In this document: in pieces, positions 26,988 through 37,383 of the stretch
How positions within the stretch are numbered: position 1 is the stretch's first letter
Layout: each line of letters opens with the position of its first letter
Source of the DNA: a virus
Taxonomy: Duplodnaviria; Caudoviricetes
Virus record (IMG/VR): IMGVR_UViG_2838247499_000001
Location: 10,120 to 74,119 of that record
DNA length: 64,000 nt
Strand: one strand, 5' to 3'
Translations under genes and position numbers: made by a program
The notes under the pieces: model-generated
The model's input: only the letters and a program-made list of their open reading frames with translations
Told to the model about the DNA's origin: nothing
Databases searched by the model: none

Positions 26988-29271
26988 TTAGTTCCCCTCC
27001 TACGGAGTCATCCAAAGTTGGAAGTCTGAGAGCGGTATCCACGTAGGAGGAAATTGCGCTGTATCCAAGAGCGCCGATATTCCCGGCGTGGACCGTTCGA
27101 TTATAGAAGTCATCGGGTTTCTCACCCCAAATCACCATCGGCTGGAGTAAATGGCTCCGGCCGTCAAGCAGATCCTTGGCGTCCTCGAGCAGCTTGGTCT
27201 GCTCCTTGACCCAGGCCTGCCAGTCATTGGCGTCCTGAACCAGGTCGCCCATCAGGTCCCGTGCATAGGAAGCGGCCGCGCTCACCAGCGTGCTGGCAGC
27301 CTTGAGCATCTGCTGCGCCTCGGGAACTGCGAAGTTGCCGGCATCGAAGCCCTTGGCTGCACCGTAGGCCGCCAGGATCACGGCGATGATCAGCGCGACG
27401 TCGATGCCCACCAGCTTGACGAACAGCTTCACCGCCCAGCTGATGATGAAGTTCAGGACGATGCGCTTGACGATGATGATCACCAGCTGCACCAGGGCGG
27501 CGTCCAAGGCCGCTACCGCGGCCAGGCCGGCGCCCAGGTCCTGGCCCAGCGTGTAGACCGTGATGGCCATGGCCACGATCTCAAGGAACGTGATGAACCA
27601 GTCCTGCTGATACCACTTCAGCTTGGTCACCACCGCGCTGTGGAACAGGAAGTGCAACGACCTGGCGTACAGCTGCTCTCGCTCGGCCATCGTGTAGTCG
27701 CCGGCGATCGAGCGGTCGATCGGGATCAGCAGCACCTGCTTGTCGTCTCCGTCGAGCAGGCTGGTGTAGTCTCCGTCGATGAAGTGCTGCATCCGCAGGT
27801 TGACGACCTGGATCTCCTCGTACAGGTTGGCGCTCACCTGGTGCCGGTACAGGTGCAGGTGTGTCTCCACCACACCGACGAGCACCTCGGCACTGTTCTC
27901 CGGGTTCACATCCCGGTAGGTGTACGTCGCCGGGTGTGTGCTGAGCTCCGCGGTGTGCGTGCCCACCGGGCCGATGGAGCCAGCCACCAGGCGCTTGTAG
28001 AGCCCGTCGTTGCTCAGCGCCATCTTGAACCTGGCGTCTTGGATCACGATCGCATTGGCGCTCGGAGGCGGGTAGAACAGCGCCGAGTCCAGCAGCGTCT
28101 TCTCCGGCGTCCACTGGATGGGCGTGCCGGCGCTGGCGTAGAGGTTGTCGAAGAACTGGAACAGGTAGCGGCACTCCAGCGGGTCGGTGCTCACCGCGGG
28201 CACAGCCAGCTGCAGCATGGCCGTCTTGACCTGGCCGATGTCCGGGTTCTCGTTGATGGCGTCAGCCACCGCATCGAAGTCCATGCCCAGGTAGCGACAG
28301 AACTTGACCGACTGCTTGTACCAGTCGCTCGTCGTGTCATCGAGCGGCGACTGGAAGCCGAAGCGCACGTAGCACATCGGGAAGAAGGCGCCAGCCTCGC
28401 TGTGGGCCGACTCGACGAGTGCATCCAGGGCAGGGTAGGTGCCCGAGCCCAGGCGATACGACCAGTAGGCCGGCACGCCATCGCGCTGGTAGCGCGCGTG
28501 CAGGTAGTCGCCCTCGACCAGGCCGGCCATCGAGATGTCGAAGACCTCCTTCGGCGCCGGCACAGCCTCGGTGATGATCTGGCCGTCACCGGTGTACGTC
28601 GGCCCCACCGACTGGCCCCAGACGTAGCGGACCCGCACGTAGTCCGTCGACACGGAGGTGTCGGTCGCCGGCGCGGTGAAGGGTCGGTAGACCCCCACCG
28701 TCGCACCCAGCGGCCGATCCGGTGTGTAGCCGGCAGACGGAGGCAGGCCCCAGTGAGCCAGTGAACCTGGCGCGCGGGCATTGAGGTTCGAGCCAGCGAC
28801 CACGACGAACATGTCGTCCAGGTAGACCGGCTGGCCCTTCACCGCGGTGAGATTGCCCAGCTGGTTCGTGGCCGGGTTGTAGCCGTGCTCGGCGATCAGC
28901 TTCTCCCAGGCCATGTGCAGCTCGTTGGCCGGCCCCAGCTGGGCGTAGTCGATCGTGATCGTGCCGCCCAGCGTGGTGGTCAGGTGCACCTGGATCGCAT
29001 CGCGGATGTCCTGCGTGTCCTTGAACTCGCCCGAGGGCAGGCCATAGGCGTAGCTGCGGCCAGCCCACTCGTACAGGCGCTCGGCCTTGACGCCGATGCT
29101 GCCGATGAGCTCCTCCATGATGAAGCCAGAGATGGTGTCATCCTGGCTCGGCTCGCCCAAGATCGCGTTGAACGTGCCAGTCTTGATGGCGTTCGGGAGC
29201 AGCTTGTCCTCGATCACCCGAGAGGCCGAGGTGCCCACCGTCGTCACGTACTTGCTGCTGAACAGACCCAT
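26977..29271 (-). CDS. Virion-associated protein (N4 gp53-like) with C-terminal TM segments
   Basis: MGLFSSK start, KWYQ motif, hydrophobic C-terminal region; synteny. Confidence 0.8.
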   Translation of the reverse strand: MGLFSSKYVTTVGTSASRVIEDKLLPNAIKTGTFNAILGEPSQDDTISGFIMEELIGSIGVKAERLYEWAGRSYAYGLPSGEFKDTQDIRDAIQVHLTTTLGGTITIDYAQLGPANELHMAWEKLIAEHGYNPATNQLGNLTAVKGQPVYLDDMFVVVAGSNLNARAPGSLAHWGLPPSAGYTPDRPLGATVGVYRPFTAPATDTSVSTDYVRVRYVWGQSVGPTYTGDGQIITEAVPAPKEVFDISMAGLVEGDYLHARYQRDGVPAYWSYRLGSGTYPALDALVESAHSEAGAFFPMCYVRFGFQSPLDDTTSDWYKQSVKFCRYLGMDFDAVADAINENPDIGQVKTAMLQLAVPAVSTDPLECRYLFQFFDNLYASAGTPIQWTPEKTLLDSALFYPPPSANAIVIQDARFKMALSNDGLYKRLVAGSIGPVGTHTAELSTHPATYTYRDVNPENSAEVLVGVVETHLHLYRHQVSANLYEEIQVVNLRMQHFIDGDYTSLLDGDDKQVLLIPIDRSIAGDYTMAEREQLYARSLHFLFHSAVVTKLKWYQQDWFITFLEIVAMAITVYTLGQDLGAGLAAVAALDAALVQLVIIIVKRIVLNFIISWAVKLFVKLVGIDVALIIAVILAAYGAAKGFDAGNFAVPEAQQMLKAASTLVSAAASYARDLMGDLVQDANDWQAWVKEQTKLLEDAKDLLDGRSHLLQPMVIWGEKPDDFYNRTVHAGNIGALGYSAISSYVDTALRLPTLDDSVGGELNGQ

Positions 29272-29284
29272 CCCTCACCCCCAG

Positions 29285-29310
29285 AAAAAAAAGGGGAGCC
29301 GAAGCTCCCC
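29285..29310 (-). terminator. Rho-independent terminator
   Basis: Minus strand ggggagc-ttcg-gctcccc followed by T run. Confidence 0.8.
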
Positions 29311-29329
29311 AACCCTCGCGTCAACTTGT

Positions 29330-30052
29330 TCAGGCGGCCCCGATGCCGTCGAGGAGCTTCTGCACCGCCTTGCCCACGTACAGGTCGCTGAGCTTGTTGG
29401 TTCCGTCCGCCACCGTCGCTTCGTCGGTGGTGCGCCGCACGTTCCAGCTGTCGATCAGCAGCTTGCCGGCTTTCTGCTCGGCATCGCGCTTGAAGCCATC
29501 GGTCTGCGCCTGGTACAGCGTCTTCTGCTTGCCGATCACCGAGTTGTCGTCCACACCGATCGCCTGCGTCTGCGCCTTCTCGGTCAGGACCTTCTGAGCC
29601 AGCAGGTCGGACTCCTTCGTGGTCTTGTCCTTCGTCAGCATCAGGACGTCGTACTCGGCCTGCAGCTTGCACTTCTGCGCCACCAGGACCTCGCCCTCGG
29701 TGATGGCATTCAGGCGTTGCTGCTCCATCAGCTCGGTCTGCTTCTGGATCTGCAGCACCTCGGCATTGGCCTTGGCCACCTGGGCCGTGGCCAGCAGCAC
29801 CTGCTGCTCCAGGACCTGGGCTTCCAGGCCCACCTTCTGGCGTTCCAGCAGGAACTTCAGCGCCGTTTCCAGCGTGGCCTGCATGGAGCCCAGGTAGACC
29901 GTGGCGTACTCACTGCCCTTGATGCGGTTCTTGGAGAACTCGTCCTCGAGGTGCGCCTTGTTGGCCTTCATCAGGACATCGAAGGCCCCGTCGCCCGCCA
30001 GCGTGGCGGTGGTCAGGTCTGCGATGGTCGGGACGACGATCGGTTCGCTCAT
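29330..30052 (-). CDS. Structural protein (N4 gp54-like)
   Basis: GDGAFDVLM...RIKGSEYATVYLG; synteny. Confidence 0.8.
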   Translation of the reverse strand: MSEPIVVPTIADLTTATLAGDGAFDVLMKANKAHLEDEFSKNRIKGSEYATVYLGSMQATLETALKFLLERQKVGLEAQVLEQQVLLATAQVAKANAEVLQIQKQTELMEQQRLNAITEGEVLVAQKCKLQAEYDVLMLTKDKTTKESDLLAQKVLTEKAQTQAIGVDDNSVIGKQKTLYQAQTDGFKRDAEQKAGKLLIDSWNVRRTTDEATVADGTNKLSDLYVGKAVQKLLDGIGAA

Positions 30053-30075
30053 GGTCTACCTGGCTCCGGTCGTGT

Positions 30076-30633
30076 TCAGCCGATGGCGTGCGTGGCTGCC
30101 TGGCGGGCGGCCAGCTCGGCCAGCTCCTCCTTGGTCAGCGGCGGCAGGATCTCGACGGCGAACTCCTTGATGAGCTTGCCCTTGCGGACCTTGTTGCCGC
30201 GGTCGTCCTTGGCCGTCACGAAGACCTGGCACTGGCGGTCCTGGATCTGCTGCAGGATCATCCGCGGCACGTGCCAGCCCTCGTCGGCGTTGAAGGGCAC
30301 GTACTTCTTGATGGTGCCCACCGCCCGGTTGCCGGCCGTGAAGATCTCGCCCTGCCATTCCTTCTTGGCCGGGTTCATGCAGGTGATGCGCACGCGCACC
30401 AGCTCGTTGGCTTCACGAACCAGGCGGATGCGCTTGGCCCGCTCGGACTCAGCGGCGCCGGCGTCGACCACCGGAGGCTGCTCGGCCGTGGGATCGGGCG
30501 TGCCTTCGAGCTTGGCGCGGAGCTTCTCACGCAGCTTCTCGACGCCGATCGAAGGGTGGTACGAGACGCCCATCAGGTCGGCTCGGGCCTTCAGAGTGGC
30601 CAGCTCGTCTTGTTGCAGGTCGGTGTTGTCCAT
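30076..30633 (-). CDS. N4 gp55-like protein
   Basis: LKARADLMGVSYHPSIG, VRITCMNPAKKEWQGEIF; synteny. Confidence 0.8.
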   Translation of the reverse strand: MDNTDLQQDELATLKARADLMGVSYHPSIGVEKLREKLRAKLEGTPDPTAEQPPVVDAGAAESERAKRIRLVREANELVRVRITCMNPAKKEWQGEIFTAGNRAVGTIKKYVPFNADEGWHVPRMILQQIQDRQCQVFVTAKDDRGNKVRKGKLIKEFAVEILPPLTKEELAELAARQAATHAIG

Positions 30634-30732
30634 GGCGTAGGGGGGTGTCCTGTTCGTTGTCGGAGAAGGGGAGGGGCCGAAGCCCGCTCCCCGCGCCGAA
30701 AATCAGGGTCTGTCCCTGATTTCGGCTAGGCC

Positions 30733-31908
30733 TTACATCTTGGCGGCGGTCAGCACCAGCGCGATGCGCTCGGGGCGCAGGCACAGGAAGCCGTAGTACC
30801 ACTTGATGGACATGAAGCCCGTCTCGCCATACGGATCGTTGCGATCCGCCGTCTCGTCGCCCGGCTTCTTGTGGGTGATCTTGAACTTCACCGTCTTGCC
30901 ATCGGTCTGGAAGCCGATGGTGGTGAAGCTCTCGTCGCCCACGACCAGGATCGGGAAGACGTCGAACTTGCCGGCCGTGGCGTAGTAGTCCGGCGAGGCG
31001 GAAGCGTCGGCGCCGGCGCCGGCCCACTTCATCATCTCGGGGACCACGACGATGCGCAGCGCGTCGATCGCGCCTTGCTCACCACGCACCGGCGTGCCAC
31101 CCGCGGCGTACTTCTCGACGGGGATCCAGGCCGGCTGGTCGTGCAGGTCCTTCATCGCCTTGAAGGTCGGCAGGAGCTCGGAGCCGCAGTAGGCGATGCG
31201 GGCGCTGGGCACCGTGCGGGTGTCCACCAGGCGCGAGCCGGTGATCACCGTGGTCTGCTTCGGCGTGCGGTTGTTGTCGAGGTCGATCGACACGCGCATC
31301 AGGTCGCCGTAGTCCACGACGTCGTCGGCGCCCACGGTCACCTTGCTGACCGCGTTGCCCGCGTACTTGAGCACGCCGGCCGAGTTCAGCAGGTCGATCT
31401 GCAGGGCGTCTTCGGTGATCTCGTTGGCGCCGCGCAGCATCTCACGGGTCACGTGCATCTGCAGGTCGGCGTCCGAGTCGAAGTCCAGGCTCTCCTGGGT
31501 GTACTCGTCGAAGAAGCCGAACTTCTCCAGCGTGCCTTCGATCTCGACGCGCTTGAAGCCCACGCGGTTCACGCGGCCGCCGTTCTCGCTCAGCGCCGGC
31601 AGCTTGCCGGAGATGGTGCCGACGTCCTTGCTGGAGCCGTACAGGTTGCCGTTGGCGATGGTCGCACCGGCGGCGTCGATGCCCTGGTCGTTGACGTTGC
31701 GGTCGTCGAGCAGCGGCAGGTAGTGGTACTTCTTGATCTTCTTGCCCATGTTCTTGGGCATGGAGGTCGCGTCAGCCAGCTGGCTGAAGTACTGCTCCTT
31801 GACGATCTCGATGAGCGCCTTCTTCTCGTAGTAGAAGGTGTTCATCTGCGAGCCGACGCTCGACGGGGTGCCCCCTGCGGGGTCTTGGTAACGCTGCATA
31901 CCGGACAT
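30733..31908 (-). CDS. Major capsid protein (N4 gp56-like)
   Basis: MPKNMGKKIK, PLLDDRNVNDQGIDA, DPYGETGFMSIKWYYG. Confidence 0.95.
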   Translation of the reverse strand: MSGMQRYQDPAGGTPSSVGSQMNTFYYEKKALIEIVKEQYFSQLADATSMPKNMGKKIKKYHYLPLLDDRNVNDQGIDAAGATIANGNLYGSSKDVGTISGKLPALSENGGRVNRVGFKRVEIEGTLEKFGFFDEYTQESLDFDSDADLQMHVTREMLRGANEITEDALQIDLLNSAGVLKYAGNAVSKVTVGADDVVDYGDLMRVSIDLDNNRTPKQTTVITGSRLVDTRTVPSARIAYCGSELLPTFKAMKDLHDQPAWIPVEKYAAGGTPVRGEQGAIDALRIVVVPEMMKWAGAGADASASPDYYATAGKFDVFPILVVGDESFTTIGFQTDGKTVKFKITHKKPGDETADRNDPYGETGFMSIKWYYGFLCLRPERIALVLTAAKM

Positions 31909-31937
31909 GGTGTTTCCTCCTCAGAGTTGGGATTGGG

Positions 31938-33188
31938 TTATCGGTACTTCGGGTCCGCCAACTTGGCGAACTCCTCGTCCGACAGTGCGAGCGGATTGAA
32001 GTCCGCCTTCACAGAGCTCGGAGCGGCACCCCTGGCAGGGGCAGCAGCTCGCCTTTTGTCGTTCAGCTTGCCGTCATCGGCCGGCTTCGCTTTCGGGGCC
32101 ACGACCACGGGCTTGTCGTCGGCGGGCTTCTTCTGGGCTGCAGCTGCAGGAGCCAGGTGGTTGAAACCGCCACGGGCCTGGATCGCGTCGCCGACGCGCT
32201 TGTAGGCTTCGATGTCGGACACGCCATCCAAGCGGCCAAACATGCGTTCGCGCTCGATCTCCTTGCTGATCAGGTCGTACACGCCACTGGCCACGTGGTC
32301 GTGCAGGACCTTCAACAGTTGGGGTTCGGCGGCGATCACCTGCTTGCTCTGACCGTCCCACTCCTTGCTGACGACCTGGAGGGTCCGGGCATACGCGGGA
32401 GAATCCTGGAGATCCTCCAACACAGTATCCAGAGCCAACTGTCGGTCGTCGACAGTGTGAATTTTCGGTTGATACTCGCCTGCTTTGTCGGCATCCAAAT
32501 CCAGGGGATTGATGCCGGCGTCCTTCACGAGTTTGTTGATCGCCTGGGGATTCTTCTTCTCCAGGTCGATCAAGAAACTCAGTTTCCCTTCGTCCAGAAG
32601 CCCGTTGTTCTCCAACAGCTTCATGAGCTTGAGGTTCGGCTTGAGAGCCGCCATCTTCTTGTTGTAGTTGGCGCCCATCTGCATCAGCGCGATGGCGTCA
32701 TCCACGCTGTCGACCTTCACTTCGCGGCCGTTGGCCTTGAAGGGGGCGAGCAGCTTCTTGTACTCGGCCTCGAAGTCGACCGTCTTGTCCTCGGTCGTCG
32801 GCTTCTCGGTCGGCTTCTCCTCCTGCTTGTCCTTTTTCTCGGCGCCGGCGTCCGTTTCAGGGGTCTGACCCTGTTTTTCGGCGGATTCAGCCGCGCCTTG
32901 CTCGCCTTCCTCCTTGGCCGCCTTGCCGGCGTCCGCGTCGGCGGCAGCTGCGGCGCTGGGATCGGTGTTCTCACCGCCCTCGCCCTCGTTTTCGCCCTCG
33001 CCGGCCTCGTTCTGGGCCGTGGCTGCAGCGCCAGCTGCCTTGGCCGCCTCGTCTTCGCCTTCCGGCTCACCTTCGGCCTGGCTGCCAGGGGTGCCGGACA
33101 CCGGAGGAGCTGTGTTGAGCATCTCCTCGTCCGACATCGACAGGTAATCCGGCTCGTTGCCGGTGTCGGGGGTGTTCTGGTCAGCCAT
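31938..33188 (-). CDS. N4 gp57-like protein (scaffold / 'tape measure')
   Basis: Acidic N-terminus, PFKANG, LMQMGANY; start at ATG 33188. Confidence 0.85.
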   Translation of the reverse strand: MADQNTPDTGNEPDYLSMSDEEMLNTAPPVSGTPGSQAEGEPEGEDEAAKAAGAAATAQNEAGEGENEGEGGENTDPSAAAAADADAGKAAKEEGEQGAAESAEKQGQTPETDAGAEKKDKQEEKPTEKPTTEDKTVDFEAEYKKLLAPFKANGREVKVDSVDDAIALMQMGANYNKKMAALKPNLKLMKLLENNGLLDEGKLSFLIDLEKKNPQAINKLVKDAGINPLDLDADKAGEYQPKIHTVDDRQLALDTVLEDLQDSPAYARTLQVVSKEWDGQSKQVIAAEPQLLKVLHDHVASGVYDLISKEIERERMFGRLDGVSDIEAYKRVGDAIQARGGFNHLAPAAAAQKKPADDKPVVVAPKAKPADDGKLNDKRRAAAPARGAAPSSVKADFNPLALSDEEFAKLADPKYR

Positions 33189-33528
33189 TGCGCACCTCCT
33201 CCGCACGAATCTCCTCGAGCATCGCCTCGTCGCCCTCGATGGAGCGGGCGGCCATGCCAGCCAGCTGGCGCACAGTCACGAAGTACTGGCTCAGCGAGCC
33301 GATGGCGTCCATTTGCTGGACGATCGAGCGCTGGCTTTCCTCGGTTTGCATGTTCGGGTCCGCTTTCAGGTGGACCAGGCGCACTGCTTCGTCGCGGAAA
33401 TACCCTTCCTCGATTACTCGGCGGAAATCTCGGTTGGATTGCAGACGTTCCAGCGCAGCTCCGAACTCCAGACGGGTCTTGGCCGCCTGGATGTTCTGTT
33501 CGATCGCTTGGATTTCTTGGCTACTCAT
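33181..33528 (-). CDS. N4 gp58-like protein
   Basis: Synteny between portal and gp57-like genes. Confidence 0.8.
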   Translation of the reverse strand: MSSQEIQAIEQNIQAAKTRLEFGAALERLQSNRDFRRVIEEGYFRDEAVRLVHLKADPNMQTEESQRSIVQQMDAIGSLSQYFVTVRQLAGMAARSIEGDEAMLEEIRAEEVRNG

Positions 33529-33607
33529 GTTTCAGGAGGGTGTATGTGTAGTTGATCGGGGGAATCGGGGAGTTACCTCCCCGATGGGCCGGGAATATAC
33601 ACGAAAT

Positions 33608-35785
33608 TCAGGCTGCAACTGCCGACTGAGTACCTTTCACATACTCCTTCAGCAAATCTCGCTGCTGAGTTTCACGGTCGAAGGCGTGATCCAGCGACTT
33701 CATACCGGCCTGATTCTGAGTTTGCCGGTCGATTTTCTGGAGCTCGCGCTCCTGATGCACGCCGGACTCCTGCTCGACAAACTCCAGGTTCTTCAGGTCG
33801 GTATCGGCCTTGATATGGTCCTTCTTGACCACCTCGGTTTCGGACTTCGCACCGGCCAGGTTGGCTGCGGCATTGCGCTGGTTGCCCTGAGCACGCTCGT
33901 TGGCCACTTGGGCTTCGAGAAGCTCGATCTCCAGCAGGCGCTTGCGCTGTTCCAGCGGGTCCGGCTGGGGCTGGTACGCCTCGATGCGGTGCGCCAGGTC
34001 CGGCATCTTGCGCAGACGCGCGATGTCGGCCAGCAGCATGCGGCTCATGCCCGGGTCCATGTTGTTGCCCATGGTCTGGAGCATGAAAGCCAGCTCCTGA
34101 GCCTTGTTGTTGTCCTCCTCGGCCGTGCTGATGGTCAGCTCGAGGTCGAAGTTGCCCGCCAGGTCATCACGGCGCACCGTCACGAACTGCTCGTTGGTGA
34201 CCCGGATCACCTCCTCGTCGCTCAGGAACTCGGCGTTCATGGCCAGGAACTTGCGGCCGATGTTGATGACCCCGTTCTTCAGGCGCCGCAGGATGCCCAG
34301 CTCGCGCTTGGAAGCGGCGTCGAGCGCTCCGCGCACGCCGGCCGCCACATCGCCCAGGGCTGCACCGCTGATGCCCTGGCTGAAAGCCTTCACGCCGGTC
34401 ATCGACTCGGCTTCCTGGCTCTGCTGTAGCAGCATGAACTGCGCGCTCTGCGGGATCTCGGGGAAGGTGTGCATGTGGATGCCCTGGCGGGGATCCACGT
34501 TCTGGTTGAACTCGTAGTCCAGGCCGCGCTCGTACTTGCGCCGGTTGGTCGCGTCGAGCATGTCCTTGCGCATGCCGGTCTGACCGTTGGCCGACTTGGC
34601 CAGGACGTCGACCATGCCGCGGGTGACCGCGCCGATGATCCGCTGGTTGTCCTCCAGGAGGTGCCCATCGGGCTCGCCGTGGTTGTTCTTGCGCACCGGC
34701 AGGTAGTGCTCGACCACGATCGGGATCTTCTTGTCCGGATACGGGTTCTCCTCCAGCCGGATCATGACGTCGTTGACCCAGGCGGCCACGAACGGCTTCA
34801 CCTTGCCGGTGCCGTCGATGTCCCACAGGCCCCAGTACTCGTGGACGACGAACTTCTTGCGCGGCTCGTCGTTGAAGTTGAACTGCGAGACGCCGGTCGA
34901 GGCCTGGTGGTCGGGCACCGACAGAGGGTTGGCCTGGGTGACGTTGATCTTGTCCAGGTTCTTGTAGCGCTTGTCCTTGCGCAGCGTGGCCAGGTTCGAC
35001 TCGAACGTGCGAATGGCGAAGCCAGCACGCTCGAGATCACCCTCGGCGGTCGGGTCGATCACCACGTTGCGCGGATCGAGCACCTCGACGGTCGGGTGGT
35101 TCTTCACCACCCGGGTCTTGGTGACCCACTTGGTGCCGATCTGCACCGGCCGCACAGGCACACCGTTCTCCTCGGTCAGCTCCAGCGCCTGCTTGAGCTC
35201 GTCGGGCACATCGGTGGCGTACTGGCTGGGCGACTCCTGGCGTAGCAGGGCCACCTGCTGCAGGAGCTCGGTCGCGGTGGGGTCGACACGGAACTCGAAG
35301 TCCCCGACCTCCTCCTGATACTCCTCCTCCTCGAAGCACCAGCCGGTCATCACGATCACGGTGCCGTCATCGACGGCTGCGCGCACGTACTCGTCGATGA
35401 ACTTCTGCTTGCCCACCTTGGTGTTGAACTGATGGTTCAGCACCAGCTGGTTTTGTCGGGCGGCATCACGGTCTTCCCAGGTGACTGGTTTGACCTTGAA
35501 GATGTCGCTCGTGCTGAGAAACGGTTCGCTCAGCGCCGGGTATCGCCACTCGGCCTGCTTGCGAATCAGTTTCGGCTGAATCTTCGAATTCCCCTGCGGG
35601 GTTTTCACTTCAGCCGTACCGGTACAGGTCAGGTTGTCGCGCCAGCGATTCAACTTCTGAACCTGTGCCTGGTGAATGGGAGTTGCCTCCTCGAGATCCT
35701 GTTTAAGATCGCGCACCGTGGGCGCATTCTTCCAGTCAGTCAACGGAGGGAGAGTTTCTCCCACCGTTTGAGTTTGTTCGTTCAT
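33608..35785 (-). CDS. Portal protein (N4 gp59-like)
   Basis: PKLIRKQAEWRYPALSEPFL, 725 aa, synteny. Confidence 0.93.
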   Translation of the reverse strand: MNEQTQTVGETLPPLTDWKNAPTVRDLKQDLEEATPIHQAQVQKLNRWRDNLTCTGTAEVKTPQGNSKIQPKLIRKQAEWRYPALSEPFLSTSDIFKVKPVTWEDRDAARQNQLVLNHQFNTKVGKQKFIDEYVRAAVDDGTVIVMTGWCFEEEEYQEEVGDFEFRVDPTATELLQQVALLRQESPSQYATDVPDELKQALELTEENGVPVRPVQIGTKWVTKTRVVKNHPTVEVLDPRNVVIDPTAEGDLERAGFAIRTFESNLATLRKDKRYKNLDKINVTQANPLSVPDHQASTGVSQFNFNDEPRKKFVVHEYWGLWDIDGTGKVKPFVAAWVNDVMIRLEENPYPDKKIPIVVEHYLPVRKNNHGEPDGHLLEDNQRIIGAVTRGMVDVLAKSANGQTGMRKDMLDATNRRKYERGLDYEFNQNVDPRQGIHMHTFPEIPQSAQFMLLQQSQEAESMTGVKAFSQGISGAALGDVAAGVRGALDAASKRELGILRRLKNGVINIGRKFLAMNAEFLSDEEVIRVTNEQFVTVRRDDLAGNFDLELTISTAEEDNNKAQELAFMLQTMGNNMDPGMSRMLLADIARLRKMPDLAHRIEAYQPQPDPLEQRKRLLEIELLEAQVANERAQGNQRNAAANLAGAKSETEVVKKDHIKADTDLKNLEFVEQESGVHQERELQKIDRQTQNQAGMKSLDHAFDRETQQRDLLKEYVKGTQSAVAA

Positions 35786-35837
35786 AGGCTGCCCTCGCTC
35801 CGCGTCGTTGCAGTCAAACCATCACCACTAGAAAGGA

Positions 35838-36260
35838 ATGAGTATGCAAATCAAACCCCTCCATACTGGCTTCATTATGCCAACAAAGGGTACTGCCCAG
35901 TCCGGCGCCATCGACCTGTATATGCCGGAGGACGGTATTGCCTCCCGGGTATCTCAGCTTTTCGGCCTGGGTTTCGCTGCGGCGGTGCCCCCGGGCCACG
36001 TGGCTTTGCTGGTGCCACGGTCGAGCACCGGCGCCAAGCACGGCCTGGAGCTGAACAACACCTGCGGCGTGATCGACGAGGACTACCGCGGTGAGTGGAA
36101 GGCCGCTCTGCGCACCAAGTCCGGGCTGCCGTTCCGCTGGAAGGCCGGTGAGCGTGTCATCCAGGCGCTGATCGTCCCCGTGACCAGCGTGCAGCTGGAG
36201 CAAGTCGACGAGCTGCCGGCCAGCGACCGCCAGGGTGGCTTCGGCTCCACCGGCAAGTAG
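35838..36260 (+). CDS. dut: dUTPase
   Basis: AIDL, PRSS, GVIDEDYRGE, Q, R.GGFGSTG motifs. Confidence 0.93.
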   Translation: MSMQIKPLHTGFIMPTKGTAQSGAIDLYMPEDGIASRVSQLFGLGFAAAVPPGHVALLVPRSSTGAKHGLELNNTCGVIDEDYRGEWKAALRTKSGLPFRWKAGERVIQALIVPVTSVQLEQVDELPASDRQGGFGSTGK

Positions 36261-36282
36261 GCGCGACTCCCGTCCGCCCATG

Positions 36283-36309
36283 AAAAAAGCCCCCAGCGAT
36301 GGGGGCTTT
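36283..36309. terminator. Bidirectional terminator
   Basis: aaaaaagccccca-gcga-tgggggcttt between convergent genes. Confidence 0.75.
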
Positions 36310-36329
36310 GTTGTTTCTGCAGGCCTTGT

Positions 36330-36593
36330 TCAGGTAGCCGGTCGGGTCAGCGCGATTCGAAGCCAGAACACCAGCAGGGCCACGGCTCCTGTGAAGGCCA
36401 GCGCTGCCAGGGACGCTCCCAGGTTGGCGCCCAGCAAGGCGTTGGATGTCGGGATCAGGGCCAGGCCCGTGACCACCGCGGCCCACACGGCGGCCGCCTT
36501 CATGGCCTGGCGACCAGTCTTGTGGCGCCGGCGCTGGATCAGCTCCACCACCACCCACAGAACCACGAACAACGCGACGAGATCGACACCCAT
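36330..36593 (-). CDS. Small three-TM membrane protein
   Basis: AAGGGAG RBS, MGVDLVALFVVLW..., three hydrophobic stretches. Confidence 0.65.
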   Translation of the reverse strand: MGVDLVALFVVLWVVVELIQRRRHKTGRQAMKAAAVWAAVVTGLALIPTSNALLGANLGASLAALAFTGAVALLVFWLRIALTRPAT

Positions 36594-36627
36594 GATTGCT
36601 CCCTTGTGATGAGGGTGCCGATTGTGC

Positions 36628-37374
36628 CTACACCCAGCCGTTGCGCTCCAGCCGCGTGTTGTCGGCCACACGATCCACCCGCAGATTGGTGCCCTCGAGC
36701 TCCTTGCAGGCGGCCTCGTAGCGCGCCGACCACGACATGCCCACCTGGCCCTCGTTGCTCGGTCCCACCGTGCCGATCGGGTTGTGGACCCGGGCGGCGA
36801 CGTAGTAGAGCAGGGGCTCCAGGTGGCTGTCCGGCAGGTCGATCGTGCTGTCCTCGATGTCGAAGTCCTCGACGTCGATCTTCGGGTGGTTGTCCCGGAA
36901 GACCAGCACCAGCTTCTCCGTCTTCAGCCAGTCAGGGATGTCGCTGCCCTGAGCCACCAGCTCGTCGGGCAGGCGCAGGAAGTTCAGCCGAGGCGTGAAG
37001 GCCGACCACTGGTTGCCCTCCTGGTTCAGCGGCAGGTCGCGGCCGGAGTCCAGGATGATCCGTTCTAGCTTCAGCATGGTGTCGCGGAAGGGCTCGGCCG
37101 TGTCGTCCAGGTACTTCACCGGCATGCGCGCGTAGCGGTTCGTCAGCGCGTAGTCCGCGGTCAGCTTGTACTCGGCCTGGCCGGGCTGCAGGGTCAGCGT
37201 CACGCGGCCCTCGCGCAGCGGGAATCGCTTGTGCAACGCCGTCAGCCCGAGCTGGATGTGCGACAGCAGCATCGGGTACTTGCTCTCGGGAATGTCCCCG
37301 TCGTCGGCCGTGGCCAGGCTGAGCTGGCTCAGCTCGCCGAAACGCAGCGCGTCGAATACCTCATTGATTTTCAT
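36628..37374 (-). CDS. Head-tail adaptor (N4 gp67-like)
   Basis: GELSQL, LTALHKRF, LERNGWV; adjacent to terminase. Confidence 0.85.
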   Translation of the reverse strand: MKINEVFDALRFGELSQLSLATADDGDIPESKYPMLLSHIQLGLTALHKRFPLREGRVTLTLQPGQAEYKLTADYALTNRYARMPVKYLDDTAEPFRDTMLKLERIILDSGRDLPLNQEGNQWSAFTPRLNFLRLPDELVAQGSDIPDWLKTEKLVLVFRDNHPKIDVEDFDIEDSTIDLPDSHLEPLLYYVAARVHNPIGTVGPSNEGQVGMSWSARYEAACKELEGTNLRVDRVADNTRLERNGWV

Positions 37375-37383
37375 GAATCCTCC

